Below, piece after piece: positions 45,878 to 56,732 of a stretch of DNA of 64,000 nucleotides. The stretch covers positions 14,560 through 78,559 of the forward strand of contig JALHMQ010000018.1 of NCBI GenBank assembly GCA_022843955.1, written 5' to 3'. Numbering within the stretch: position 1 is the stretch's first letter; each line of letters begins with the position of its first letter. The position numbers and the translations under genes were made by a program. Source of the DNA: Burkholderiaceae bacterium. GTDB lineage: Bacteria > Pseudomonadota > Gammaproteobacteria > Burkholderiales > Burkholderiaceae_F. Under the pieces are notes generated by a model. That model was not told where the DNA came from. It did no database searches and worked only from the letters and a program-made list of their open reading frames with translations.

Positions 45878-47896
45878 TCAGGTGTCCCGCACGTGTTCGA
45901 GCGCCGCATGCGGCGACTCGTAGATGTGCGGCGCCACGCCGCGCCGCTTGAGCGCACGGCCGAGCTTGGCGCGCAGAAAGCCCGAGGTCGTGTAGCGCGA
46001 CACGCCGAAGTAGTAGCGCTCGACCAGCCCGGCGACCATCGCCGCGTACTCGTCTTCGACCTCCGGTGCGAGCTCGAAATGGTCGTAGTTGACGATGGCC
46101 CACACCTTCTTGCCGATCTGCGCCAGGCGCGCATCGACTTCGGCCTTCACCGCGGCCACGTGGGCGGTGCTGCGGATCGCCAGCCGCTCGAAGTTGATGA
46201 ACAGGATGTTCTGCTGGTCGTCATAGCTGAGGCGGTCGGCGAGCGGTACCTCGAGCATGCGCGCGCGCAGGTCCATCGGTCCATCATCGAAGATGGCCGC
46301 GTCCATTGTCTTGGGCGTGCCGCGGATCACTGGAGCGAAGTCCATGCGCGCCAGGATGTCGCGTTCGATGTCCACGCCGGGCGCGACCTCGATCAGCTCG
46401 AGCCCGTCGGCGGTCAGCTGGAACACGCAGCGCTCGGTCACGTACAGCGCCGGCTGGCCGCGCTTGACCGCATAGCTGCCTGAAAAAGTGCGGTGCTCCA
46501 CCTGGGGGATGAACTTCTTCGGTCCGGTGTCGTTGCGGATCACGAGCCGGCCGTCGACCACGTCGACCTGCAGGCCGCCGGCGGTGAAGGTGCCGACGAA
46601 CACCACCCGCTTGGCTGATTGCGAGATGTTGATGAACCCGCCGGCGCCCGCCAGCCGCGGACCGAACTTGCTGACGTTCAGATTGCCTTCGCGGTCGGCC
46701 TGCGCCAGGCCGAGGAAGGCGAGGTCGAGCCCGCCGCCGTCATAGAAATCGAACTGGTACGGCTGGTCGATGATCGCCTGCGTGTTCACCGCCGCGCCGA
46801 AGTTCAGCCCGCTGGCCGGAATGCCGCCGATCACGCCGGGCTCCGCGGTGAGCGTGAGCAGGTCGATCACCCGCTCCTCGGCCGCCACCGAGGCCACGCC
46901 CTCGGGCATGCCGATGCCCAGGTTCACCACGCTGTTGGCGCGCAACTCGAGTGCAGCGCGACGCGCGATGATCTTGCGCTCGCTCATCGGCATTGCCTGG
47001 ATCATCGTGGCGGGCACGCGGATCTCGCCGGCAAACGCCGGGCTGTAGGGCTCGACGAAGGTCTGCATGTGGTACTCGGGCTTCTCGGCCACCACCACGC
47101 AGTCCACCAGCACGCCAGGGATCTTCACCTGGCGCGGGTTCAGGGAACCGCGCTCGGCGATGCGCTCCACCTGCACGATGACGATGCCGCCCGAGTTGCG
47201 CGCCGCCATCGCGATCGCCAGCGCCTCCAGCGTGAGCGCTTCCTTCTCCATCGTGATGTTGCCGTCGATGTCGGCAGTGGTACCGCGCACGATGCCGACA
47301 TCGATGTGGAACGACTTGTAGAACAGGTACTCCTCGCCATCGAGCATCATCAGCGACACCAGATCCTCGGTAGTGCACGCGTTGATCTTGCCGCCGCTCA
47401 ATTGACCGTCAATGCTGCGCGGATCGACGAAGGTCCCCAGCCCGATCTTGGTCAGGTGGCCAGGCTTGTGGGCAGCGGTGTCGCGGAACAGGTGGGTGAT
47501 CACGCCTTGCGGCAGGTTGTAGGCCTCGATGCGGTTGGCCACCGCAAGCGACTGAAGCTTGGGCACCAGGCCCCAGTGGCCGCCGATCACGCGCTTGACG
47601 AGCCCCTCGTGACCGAAATGATTGAGCCCGCGTTCCTTGCCGTCGCCTTGGCCGGCGGCGTAGATGAGGGTCAGGCCTTCGGGCCGGCCCACACCATCGG
47701 GGTCCTGCTCCGCGCTTTCCAGAAAGCGCTGCTCGAGCGCGACCGCGATGTTCTCCGCAAAGCCGATGCCGACGAAGCCGCCGGTGGCCAGCGTATCCCC
47801 GTCCTGCACCAGTTGCACCGCCTCGCGCGCCGTGACGATCTTGCCTTTCTCGAAGCTGCGCAACGCCTGTAGCAACTCGCGACCGTGCGTGCTCAT
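45878..47896 (-). CDS. Family I acyl-CoA:acetate/3-ketoacid CoA-transferase (fused alpha/beta, YdiF/Pct-like) with a roughly 140-aa C-terminal extension
   Basis: Lies in ORF 45878..47965. I moved the start to the ATG at 47896 ([45 protein letters not shown]..). It has fused CoA-transferase domains. The 672-aa length exceeds the roughly 530 aa of YdiF. Confidence 0.85.
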   Translation of the reverse strand: MSTHGRELLQALRSFEKGKIVTAREAVQLVQDGDTLATGGFVGIGFAENIAVALEQRFLESAEQDPDGVGRPEGLTLIYAAGQGDGKERGLNHFGHEGLVKRVIGGHWGLVPKLQSLAVANRIEAYNLPQGVITHLFRDTAAHKPGHLTKIGLGTFVDPRSIDGQLSGGKINACTTEDLVSLMMLDGEEYLFYKSFHIDVGIVRGTTADIDGNITMEKEALTLEALAIAMAARNSGGIVIVQVERIAERGSLNPRQVKIPGVLVDCVVVAEKPEYHMQTFVEPYSPAFAGEIRVPATMIQAMPMSERKIIARRAALELRANSVVNLGIGMPEGVASVAAEERVIDLLTLTAEPGVIGGIPASGLNFGAAVNTQAIIDQPYQFDFYDGGGLDLAFLGLAQADREGNLNVSKFGPRLAGAGGFINISQSAKRVVFVGTFTAGGLQVDVVDGRLVIRNDTGPKKFIPQVEHRTFSGSYAVKRGQPALYVTERCVFQLTADGLELIEVAPGVDIERDILARMDFAPVIRGTPKTMDAAIFDDGPMDLRARMLEVPLADRLSYDDQQNILFINFERLAIRSTAHVAAVKAEVDARLAQIGKKVWAIVNYDHFELAPEVEDEYAAMVAGLVERYYFGVSRYTTSGFLRAKLGRALKRRGVAPHIYESPHAALEHVRDT

Positions 47897-48001
47897 GTGT
47901 CCCCCGCGCGTTGTTGTGGCGGGCACTGTAGCCGCGGCACAGGCCGGCGGGGCGACTTCCATCAACGCGCGAGACGTCGCCTGCGCGCTACCCCTGCGTT
48001 G

Positions 48002-48970
48002 CTACCCCTGAGGCTGCACCCCGATGCCCCAGGCGATCAGCGTGAAGGTCGCGAACGCCAGCACGGTCGAGCTGACGATGATGCGGGCGATGCGGCCGTT
48101 ATCCGCGCCGTAGCGCTCGGCCAGCAGCGACACCGTGCTGGCCGACGGCAGCGCCGCGCCCAGCACCATCACGGTGATCGCGAAGATGGTGATCGGCGCG
48201 CCGGCCTGCAGTGCCGCCGCGCCGAGAGCGAAGATCAGCAGCGGGTGCACCAGCAGCTTGGCCAGCGCTATCGGCAGATACAGCTTCACCGGCGTGGGCT
48301 TGCGCGCATGCGCGCTGGCCCGCCACAGCATGGTGCCGATGGCGAACAGCGCCACCGGCGTGGCCGCATCGGCCAGCATCCTGACCACCGTATCGGCCGG
48401 CCCCGGCAGCTTCAGTTGCAGCGCCGAAAACACCATGCCGAGCGCGATCGCCCACGGCAGCGGATTGGACACCGCGCGGCTGAGCGCGCGCTGAGCGGCA
48501 CGCCACGGTCCGTCCTCGCCGCGATGGCCCACCTGCGACAGCGCAATCGCGAGCGAACTCGTAAACAGCAGGTCCACCAGCACCATCGTGATCACCGGCC
48601 CCGCGGCGGCCGGGCCGAGCAGCGCAGGTATCAGCGGCACGCCCATGAAGCCGGTGTTTGGAAAAGCCGCGGTCAGGGCGCCGAACGAGGCGTCCTTCAT
48701 CGGCACGCGCGGCGAGCGCGTCAGGTACACGGTGCAGCCGATCATCAGCAGAGCGCCCACCAGATACAGGCCGCCGACCAGCGGATCGAGCACCTGCGCC
48801 ACCGGCAACGCCGAGCCGAAGCGGAACAGCAGGCAGGGCAGCGCGAAGAACAGCACGAAACCATTCAAGCCCGGGATGGCCGATTCGGGCAGCACGTTGG
48901 CGCGCGCGGCCAGGTAGCCGCACAGCACGAGCGCAAAGAAGGGAACGGTGACGGCGAGGACGGATTGCAT
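48002..48970 (-). CDS. AEC (auxin efflux carrier) family transporter
   Basis: Lies in ORF 48002..49075. I moved the start to the ATG at 48970 (MQSVLAVTVPFFALVLCGYLAARANVLPESAIPGLNGFVLFFALPCLLF). It has roughly 10 hydrophobic segments. Confidence 0.88.
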   Translation of the reverse strand: MQSVLAVTVPFFALVLCGYLAARANVLPESAIPGLNGFVLFFALPCLLFRFGSALPVAQVLDPLVGGLYLVGALLMIGCTVYLTRSPRVPMKDASFGALTAAFPNTGFMGVPLIPALLGPAAAGPVITMVLVDLLFTSSLAIALSQVGHRGEDGPWRAAQRALSRAVSNPLPWAIALGMVFSALQLKLPGPADTVVRMLADAATPVALFAIGTMLWRASAHARKPTPVKLYLPIALAKLLVHPLLIFALGAAALQAGAPITIFAITVMVLGAALPSASTVSLLAERYGADNGRIARIIVSSTVLAFATFTLIAWGIGVQPQG

Positions 48971-49166
48971 GGACGGCGAGTATTGCAGGCGGCTGCCCGC
49001 ACCGGTCTGCGGTGCGATCAAATCTCGTCGCGATCCGGCTCTTGGCGTTGGTTGCGCGCCGCAGCCACGCGCCACGCGACAGCGCCCTCGCGCTGAGTTG
49101 GCGGTTGACTCGCGCGCCGTCGGCCGCTCGCGGTGCAGTCAGGCGGAGCGCTCAGTCCAGGCGACT

Positions 49167-49257
49167 GGTGGAGACACCAAGTGGAGTCGCTTAGTGGAGT
49201 CGCTTAGTAGAGTCGCTCAGTGGAGTCGCTTCGTGGAGTTGCTCAGTAGCGGCGCTC
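49167..49257. repeat. 13-bp tandem direct repeat array (7 units, consensus AGTGGAGTCGCTT)
   Basis: The units are GGTGGAGACACCA, AGTGGAGTCGCTT (x2), AGTAGAGTCGCTC, AGTGGAGTCGCTT, CGTGGAGTTGCTC and AGTAGCGGCGCTC. The array is intergenic, the period is not a multiple of 3, and there are no spacers. Confidence 0.9.
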
Positions 49258-49268
49258 GATCCGGTCGA

Positions 49269-49457
49269 TCAGTCGCCGACGCGATCCGCCTGCTCGCGGC
49301 GCTTGGCAGCGTCCTTCTCGGCCTGTTCGAGGCCCTGGTTGACGCGGCCGATCGTGCCTTGCTTGGTCGGCAGCGGTGTCGCGACCGGTTCGGGCCGGCT
49401 GCAGGCCGACAGGCACAGCGCGGCGAGCGCGATGCCGATCCCGTGCGCCAACGTCAT
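49269..49457 (-). CDS. Small lipoprotein (hypothetical)
   Basis: This is the last 62 codons of ORF 49269..49976: MTLAHGIGIALAALCLSACSRPEP.., with lipobox L-S-A-C. Its ATG overlaps the preceding gene's stop as ATGA. Confidence 0.6.
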   Translation of the reverse strand: MTLAHGIGIALAALCLSACSRPEPVATPLPTKQGTIGRVNQGLEQAEKDAAKRREQADRVGD

Positions 49458-50023
49458 CGCTTGCCCCCGAACAACCGCTTGATGAACGCCTTGAACAGAT
49501 CCCACAGACCGAAGCTCGCCTGCACCGGCGCCCCCACCTGGGTTGGCGCGCCGCCGGCCGCCTCGCTCTGGGCGGCCACACGCGCCGCCAATTGCGCGCT
49601 GAACGCCTCGAAGAACTTGTCTGCGGTGGCGCCGGCAGCGGCATCGATCAGGCGTGAACCCACCTGCGCCAGCTTGCCGCCCACCTGCGCGTTGGCCACG
49701 TAGGTCAGGTTCGTCTCGCGCGCGGTCACTCGCATCAGGTCGACCCTGGCCTGGCCGCGCGCGAACCCGGCAGCGCCGCCGGACCCGTCGAACTTCAGCG
49801 TGTAGCGGTCCGGCGCCTCGATGTCGGCCATCTCCAGCGTGCCCTTGAAGCGCGCCTTCACCGGCCCGATGGCGGCGGTCATCGCGATCTCGTAGCGGTT
49901 GCCGTCGAGCGCAGTGATGCCTTCGCAGCCCGGGATGCAGGCCTTCAGCAGCTCGACATCGGTCAGTGCGGACCACGCCGACGCCTGGTCAGCCGGCAGC
50001 AGGCGTTCACCCTTCAGTTCCAC
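49454..50023 (-). CDS. CoxG-like SRPBCC protein (carbon monoxide dehydrogenase subunit G family)
   Basis: This is the C-terminal 189 codons of the 677-aa ORF 49454..51487. I moved the start to the GTG at 50023, 7 nt after GGGAGA (VELKGERLLPADQASAWSALTDVELLKACIPGCEGI..), which is the typical CoxG N-terminus. It overlaps the CoxE-like stop by 10 nt. Confidence 0.82.
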   Translation of the reverse strand: MELKGERLLPADQASAWSALTDVELLKACIPGCEGITALDGNRYEIAMTAAIGPVKARFKGTLEMADIEAPDRYTLKFDGSGGAAGFARGQARVDLMRVTARETNLTYVANAQVGGKLAQVGSRLIDAAAGATADKFFEAFSAQLAARVAAQSEAAGGAPTQVGAPVQASFGLWDLFKAFIKRLFGGKR

Positions 50024-51261
50024 GTCGTCGTCTCCCGTTCTCGCCTCTTGTGTATCGCCGGTGGGACCGGGGCCGCCAACACCCGCGCCAACGCCTCGAG
50101 GCTGTCGACATTGTGCACGGGCAGGAAGTCGTCCACATGCGGCAGCAGCGCGCGCACGCCACGCGCGCGCGGCTGGAAATTCTCGTAGCGCAGCAGCGGA
50201 TTGAGCCAGACCAGCCGCCGGCACGAGCGCGACAGCAGTGCCGCCTCGGTCTGCAGCAGTTCGAGGTCGGCGTGCTCCAGTCCATCGGTCACCAGCAGCA
50301 CGGTGGCACCGCCACCGAGCACGCGCCGGCCCCAGCGCCGGTTGAACGTGTGCAACGCCTGCGCGATGCGGGTGCCGCCCGACCAGTCGTCGACCACGCG
50401 CACCACCTCGGCCACCGCGTGGTCCGGGTCCTTGCGGCGCAGCGGCCGCGTGATGTTCGACAGCCGCGTGCCGAACACGAACGATTGCACCCGCACGTCG
50501 GCCGCCTTTGCGCCGGTCGTGATCGCGTGCAGGAAGTGCAGGAACATGCGCGAGTAGCGGCTCATGCTGCCGGAGATGTCCACCAGCGCCACCAGCGGTG
50601 CCGGGCGGGTGCGCCGCACGCGACGCGGAAAGGTGACGATCTCGCCGCCGCGGCGCGCGCTGTCGCGTAGCAGCGCGCGCAGGTCGATGCGCGCGCCGGT
50701 GAGGGACGGTCGCTGGCGACGCGTGAGGATCGGCGTGAACAGCGGCGCCAGCTGCCCAAGCATGCGACGAGCCGCGTTCCACTCGGCGGTGGTCATCGAA
50801 TCGAAGTCCGCCTTGCGCAGTGCCTCGCGCTCGGACCAGCTCATCTGCGCGTCGATCTCGATGCGCTCGCCCTTCCGCGGCGGCTCGGCCTCGCGCTGCG
50901 ACTTGAACAGCGCCTCGGCCAGGCGCCGGCTCTCCGGCGGCGGCGGCGGTGACCCGCCCTGCTTCTCGCTCACCTGCGGCAGCAGCATGCGCATCATCTG
51001 CCCGAGCAGGTCCGGGTCCTTCCAGAAGACGTGGAACGCCTGGTCGAACAGCGCGCGATGCTCGGCGCGGTCGATCAGGCAGCAGTGCAGCGTCGCGTAC
51101 AGGTCGGTGCGCGACGCCAGGCCGGCGACCTGCAGCGCATCGAGCGCGAGCAGCACGCGGTCGGTGCCGACGGGCACACCCGCCGCGCGCAGTACCCGCG
51201 CGAAGTGAACGACGTTGTCGGCGAGATGGCCCGGCAGTTCGGCAGTGGCAGGCAGCATCAC
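50014..51261 (-). CDS. VWA domain-containing CoxE-like protein
   Basis: 415 aa with the conserved N-terminus ..VVHFARVLRAAGVPVG.. and a C-terminal VWA region (LVALVDISGSM). The start is either the GTG at 51261 or the ATG at 51258. Confidence 0.88.
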   Translation of the reverse strand: MMLPATAELPGHLADNVVHFARVLRAAGVPVGTDRVLLALDALQVAGLASRTDLYATLHCCLIDRAEHRALFDQAFHVFWKDPDLLGQMMRMLLPQVSEKQGGSPPPPPESRRLAEALFKSQREAEPPRKGERIEIDAQMSWSEREALRKADFDSMTTAEWNAARRMLGQLAPLFTPILTRRQRPSLTGARIDLRALLRDSARRGGEIVTFPRRVRRTRPAPLVALVDISGSMSRYSRMFLHFLHAITTGAKAADVRVQSFVFGTRLSNITRPLRRKDPDHAVAEVVRVVDDWSGGTRIAQALHTFNRRWGRRVLGGGATVLLVTDGLEHADLELLQTEAALLSRSCRRLVWLNPLLRYENFQPRARGVRALLPHVDDFLPVHNVDSLEALARVLAAPVPPAIHKRRERETTTWN

Positions 51262-51285
51262 AGGACTCGGCTTCGGTCAACACCG

Positions 51286-51474
51286 CAAGACACTGGATTC
51301 CCGCCTGCGCGGGAATGACGGCATCCCACTGGGCGCTGCTGCCGCAGTGAATTGGCGCTTGCGCGGGAAGGACAGCATTCCACTCGGCGGCGTCCCCGCC
51401 CTGGATTCCCGTTCGCGCCGAAATGCCAGCACCACGCACCTGTCGTCCCCGCGAAAGCGGGGACCCAGTGTCTT
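51286..51474. repeat. Cluster of about 4 REP-like palindromic elements (BIME-like) between the CoxD-like and CoxE-like genes
   Basis: The copies are GACACTGGATTCCCGCCTGCGCGGGAATGAC (51288-), a degenerate GAATTGGCGCTTGCGCGGGAAGGAC, a degenerate CTGGATTCCCGTTCGCGCCGAAATGCC, and an inverted copy GTCGTCCCCGCGAAAGCGGGGACCCAGTGTC (-51472). The outermost 10 bp, AAGACACTGG/CCAGTGTCTT, form a perfect inverted repeat. Confidence 0.85.
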
Positions 51475-51514
51475 TTGCCGTCCACACGCACGTCGATCCC
51501 CCGGGTGCGCCACG

Positions 51515-52450
51515 TCAACCCGCGCTCGACGCCGCCACCTCGCTGCGGATCTTCTCGACGATCCGCGCCGCCTCGCTGCCCTGCACGCGGGCGATGTCGT
51601 CCTGGTACTTGAGCAGCATGCCGAGCGTGTTGTTGACGGTCTCGGGATCGAGCGCGACCGCATCCAGCGCCAGCAGGGCGCGCGACCACTCGATCGTCTC
51701 GGCCACACCGGGCAGCTTGTAGAGGTCCATCGTGCGCAGCTCCTGCACGAAGACGACGATCTGGCGGCTCAGGGCTGCCTGCGCCTGCGGCACCTTGCGA
51801 CGCACGATCTCAAACTCGCGCGCGGCGCTCGGGTAGTCGACCCAGTGGTAGATGCAGCGACGCTTGACCGCGTCATGGATCTCACGCGTGCGATTGGAGG
51901 TGAGGATCACCACCGGCGGCGTGTCGGCCTTGACTGTCTTCCACTCCGGAATCGTGATCTGGAAGTCGGACAGCACTTCGAGCAGGTAGGCCTCGAATGG
52001 CTCGTCGGTGCGGTCGAGTTCGTCGATCAAGAGCACCGGCGGAACCCGATAGGGCAGCGTAGGCGGCCGCAGCGCGCGCAACAACGGCCGCTCGATCAAA
52101 AACCGCTCGCTGAACAGGCCCGCCGCCAGTTGCTCGCGCGCGCCGGCGGCGGTTTCATGCGCGGCCTCGGCGAGCCGGATCTCCATGATCTGCCGCGCGT
52201 GGTTCCACTCGTAGGCGGCGGCGCCGATGTCGAGCCCCTCGTAGCACTGCAGCCGGATCAGCTCGGCACCGAGGCCGGCCGCCAGCACCTTGGCGATCTC
52301 GGTCTTGCCGGTGCCGGGTTCACCTTCGAGGAACAGCGGCCGCTGCAGCTTGAGCGCCAGGAACACCGCCGTGGCCAGCTGGCGGTCGGCAACGTAATCG
52401 CGGGACGCGAGCAGCTGCTCGGTGGCGTCGATCGAGGTGGGCGTGGTCAT
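51515..52450 (-). CDS. MoxR-family AAA+ ATPase (CoxD-like)
   Basis: 311 aa with Walker A GEPGTGKTEIAK and Walker B LLIDELDR. It lies upstream of the CoxE-like and CoxG-like genes. Confidence 0.9.
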   Translation of the reverse strand: MTTPTSIDATEQLLASRDYVADRQLATAVFLALKLQRPLFLEGEPGTGKTEIAKVLAAGLGAELIRLQCYEGLDIGAAAYEWNHARQIMEIRLAEAAHETAAGAREQLAAGLFSERFLIERPLLRALRPPTLPYRVPPVLLIDELDRTDEPFEAYLLEVLSDFQITIPEWKTVKADTPPVVILTSNRTREIHDAVKRRCIYHWVDYPSAAREFEIVRRKVPQAQAALSRQIVVFVQELRTMDLYKLPGVAETIEWSRALLALDAVALDPETVNNTLGMLLKYQDDIARVQGSEAARIVEKIRSEVAASSAG

Positions 52451-52500
52451 GCCGGGACGTTAGCGCAGCCGACCGCCCCATGCCACGCGCCCCGCGCCAC

Positions 52501-53037
52501 TCAGTTGCGGCGCACCGGCATGAAGCGGCTGTTGCGCAGCAGCCCGGCGCTGACCAGCGACACCAGCAGACCCACCGGGAAGATCTCGACCAGGGTCATC
52601 GGCACGCGGAACAGGGGATCGGCGTACTGCGCCTGGAACTTCGCCATGTCGGCGACAAAGCGGTCGAGCGCCTCGCCGCTCACGCCCTGGGCTTTCTGCT
52701 GTTCGACCAGCAGCTTGGCGTACTCGCCCGCAAAGTCCATGCCGGTCACGGCGAGTGCGGCCTCCCAGGCGACGACGTAGAACACGCTGGCAACGAAGCT
52801 GATCCCCAGGCCCAGTCCGAACGCGGGCCAGAACCGGATCACGCCGCCGCAGTCGACGTCGCGGTGTCGCTTGATCGCCAGGAACACCGCGCTCAGGGCG
52901 ACCAGCATGATCAGGTAGCCCAGCACCACGCCATACGACGGCGGCGGCTTGCCCTGCATCGACACGGCCATGCCGAACAACGGCACGCCAACGATCAGCC
53001 CTGCGACCACGCCGTACTTCAGGATCTTGTTGAACAC
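52501..53037 (-). CDS. DUF4199-like polytopic membrane protein
   Basis: This is the tail of ORF 52501..53334. I moved the start to the GTG at 53037 after GGGAGG (VFNKILKYGVVAGLIVGVPLFGM..). It has four hydrophobic segments. The start is uncertain. Confidence 0.7.
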   Translation of the reverse strand: MFNKILKYGVVAGLIVGVPLFGMAVSMQGKPPPSYGVVLGYLIMLVALSAVFLAIKRHRDVDCGGVIRFWPAFGLGLGISFVASVFYVVAWEAALAVTGMDFAGEYAKLLVEQQKAQGVSGEALDRFVADMAKFQAQYADPLFRVPMTLVEIFPVGLLVSLVSAGLLRNSRFMPVRRN

Positions 53038-53164
53038 GCGACCTCCCTGGTCGGTTGAAGGAACCGCCATTGACGCCGCTGGCGCACCGCAATGCCATCG
53101 CCCAGGCGGGTGATTCGGGCCGGAATCACCCGTCTTCCTCGCCCGGACAGCCAACGCCCGGCGG

Positions 53165-53578
53165 TCAGGGCACCAGGCCGAGTTCGCGTGCCTTGCTGAT
53201 CGCCTCGGTGCGGCGGCGGGCGTCGAGCTTGTCGAACAGCCGCGCCACGTGGGTCTTGACGGTGTTGGGGGAGACGTCCAGCCGCGCGGCGATCTCCTTG
53301 TTGGAGTAGCCCGCCGCCAGTTCGCGCAGCACATCGAGTTCGCGCGGGCTGATGCCGAGCGACGTGATCGCCTGCGGATTGCCTGCCGTGTCGGATGGCG
53401 GTGCCGGTCGCATCAGGCGCATCCCCAACACCAGGCCGGCCACCAGGAACGCCAGCGCGATGAGCGCCACGTAGAGATCACCCGCGTGAGCGCGGGCCAG
53501 CCGCTGGTAGTCCAGCCACTGCAATCCGAGGGCGCCCGCGGCCAGCAGGGTGCCGTACAGCAGTGCTCGCTTCCACAT
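53165..53578 (-). CDS. Membrane-anchored LuxR-family (GerE-type HTH) transcriptional regulator
   Basis: 137 aa with two N-terminal TM segments (ALLYGTLLAAGALGL; LYVALIALAFLVAGLVLGM), followed by the HTH region SPRELDVLRELAAGYSNKEIAARLDVSPNTVKTHVARLFDKL. Confidence 0.85.
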   Translation of the reverse strand: MWKRALLYGTLLAAGALGLQWLDYQRLARAHAGDLYVALIALAFLVAGLVLGMRLMRPAPPSDTAGNPQAITSLGISPRELDVLRELAAGYSNKEIAARLDVSPNTVKTHVARLFDKLDARRRTEAISKARELGLVP

Positions 53579-53881
53579 CGACTCTGCCTCCGCCGGGCGT
53601 TGCGTCCCTGCCCGACCGTGGCAGGTTGCGGAAACTTACCGCAATCGACCCGGACGGCGACACCCGCCCGGGCGATCGCGCCACACCGACCGACGCGCGA
53701 TCAACTCGCCGCCGTTTGGTCGCCAGATCGATCCGATGACGCCGAATACAGCCCTTGTCCGTACCTCACACAGGGGTTTGCCGCGGCGGCTCGTCACGCC
53801 ATGCCGCGTAGCCGATTGCCGGTCCGGATTCCCGTCGCAATCCGCGGAATCGCACTGCACCACTCAGGCGATACTCGGACG

Positions 53882-54409
53882 ATGCGAGTTTTCCGGACCG
53901 AAACCAACATCCAGGCGCCTGCCGACCTCGTGTGGGGCATCCTCACCGACTTTCGCAGCTTCGAGCGCTGGAACCCGTTCATCCGCCAGATCCGCGGTCA
54001 GATCAGCGTCGGCTCGCCGCTGGACGTGACCCTGGCCATGCGCGGCCGCGCCAAGGTCACGCAGCGTCACGTGGTACTGCGTGCCGATGATCAGCGCGAA
54101 CTGCGCTGGCGCTATCGGATCTGCCTGCCGGGGCTGTACGACGTGCAGCACGGCTGCCGCCTCGACCCCATGCCCAACGGCGTGACCCGGTTGCGCCACA
54201 GCCACGCACTGCGCGGAACGATGGCCGACCTGCTCGGTCGGCGCAGCGAAGCGGCGATGACCGAGGCAATGATCGAGATGAACACGGCGCTGAAGATGCG
54301 CGCCGAGCGCGCTCATCGCGCCTCGACCGTGCAGCTGTCGCCCGCCGAACAGGCGGAGCAGAGCGAACGCACCACCCGGCTGAACAGCGCGCTGTCCTGG
54401 CAGAACTGA
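53882..54409 (+). CDS. SRPBCC (START/polyketide-cyclase-like) family protein
   Basis: This is the tail of ORF 53249..54409. The ATG at 53882 gives MRVFRTETNIQAPADLVWGILTDFRSFERWNPFI.. Confidence 0.8.
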   Translation: MRVFRTETNIQAPADLVWGILTDFRSFERWNPFIRQIRGQISVGSPLDVTLAMRGRAKVTQRHVVLRADDQRELRWRYRICLPGLYDVQHGCRLDPMPNGVTRLRHSHALRGTMADLLGRRSEAAMTEAMIEMNTALKMRAERAHRASTVQLSPAEQAEQSERTTRLNSALSWQN

Positions 54410-54463
54410 CGCGCCCGGTGCGCGCCAGTCGCCACCGGATCGGGCACTCGGCCTCAACTCGCG

Positions 54464-56569
<2,106 letters not shown>

Positions 56570-56732
56570 TCAATCGCCGCACCGCCGGTCGATCGCGCGC
56601 GATGACAGGCGACGTCGACGGGGACGTCGCTGCTCGCTGGTTGCGAGTGCGTCCGTTCAACGGGCCGCTCGAGCTCGCGCTCTTGGACGGCACCGCTTGC
56701 CAGCGCTTGCCTGGCCCGCCCCTGCCTGGGGT

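Noticed and set aside
49167-49257. Possible CRISPR array
   Set aside because: The repeats are only 13 bp, directly abutting with no spacers, and there are no cas genes in the window.
50024-51487. The upstream roughly 490 codons of the 677-aa minus-strand ORF 49454..51487
   Set aside because: Only the last 189 codons are CoxG-like. The upstream part runs out of frame through the CoxE-like gene and through the REP cluster (translating to the tell-tale ..GIQ../..AGM.. repeat peptides). The product is extremely Arg/Ala/Gly-rich.
49269-52450. MoxR ATPase plus VWA pair as a novel defence-like system
   Set aside because: The VWA protein has the CoxE-type N-terminus. The pair is followed by a CoxG-like gene, and XDH/CODH-family structural genes lie in the same window. 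A maturation role is the simpler explanation, although the client is unproven.
52501-53334. The full 277-aa ORF as one protein
   Set aside because: Its upstream third overlaps the LuxR-type gene out of frame and is Arg/Pro-rich. The membrane-protein signal starts at the GTG at 53037 behind a GGGAGG SD.
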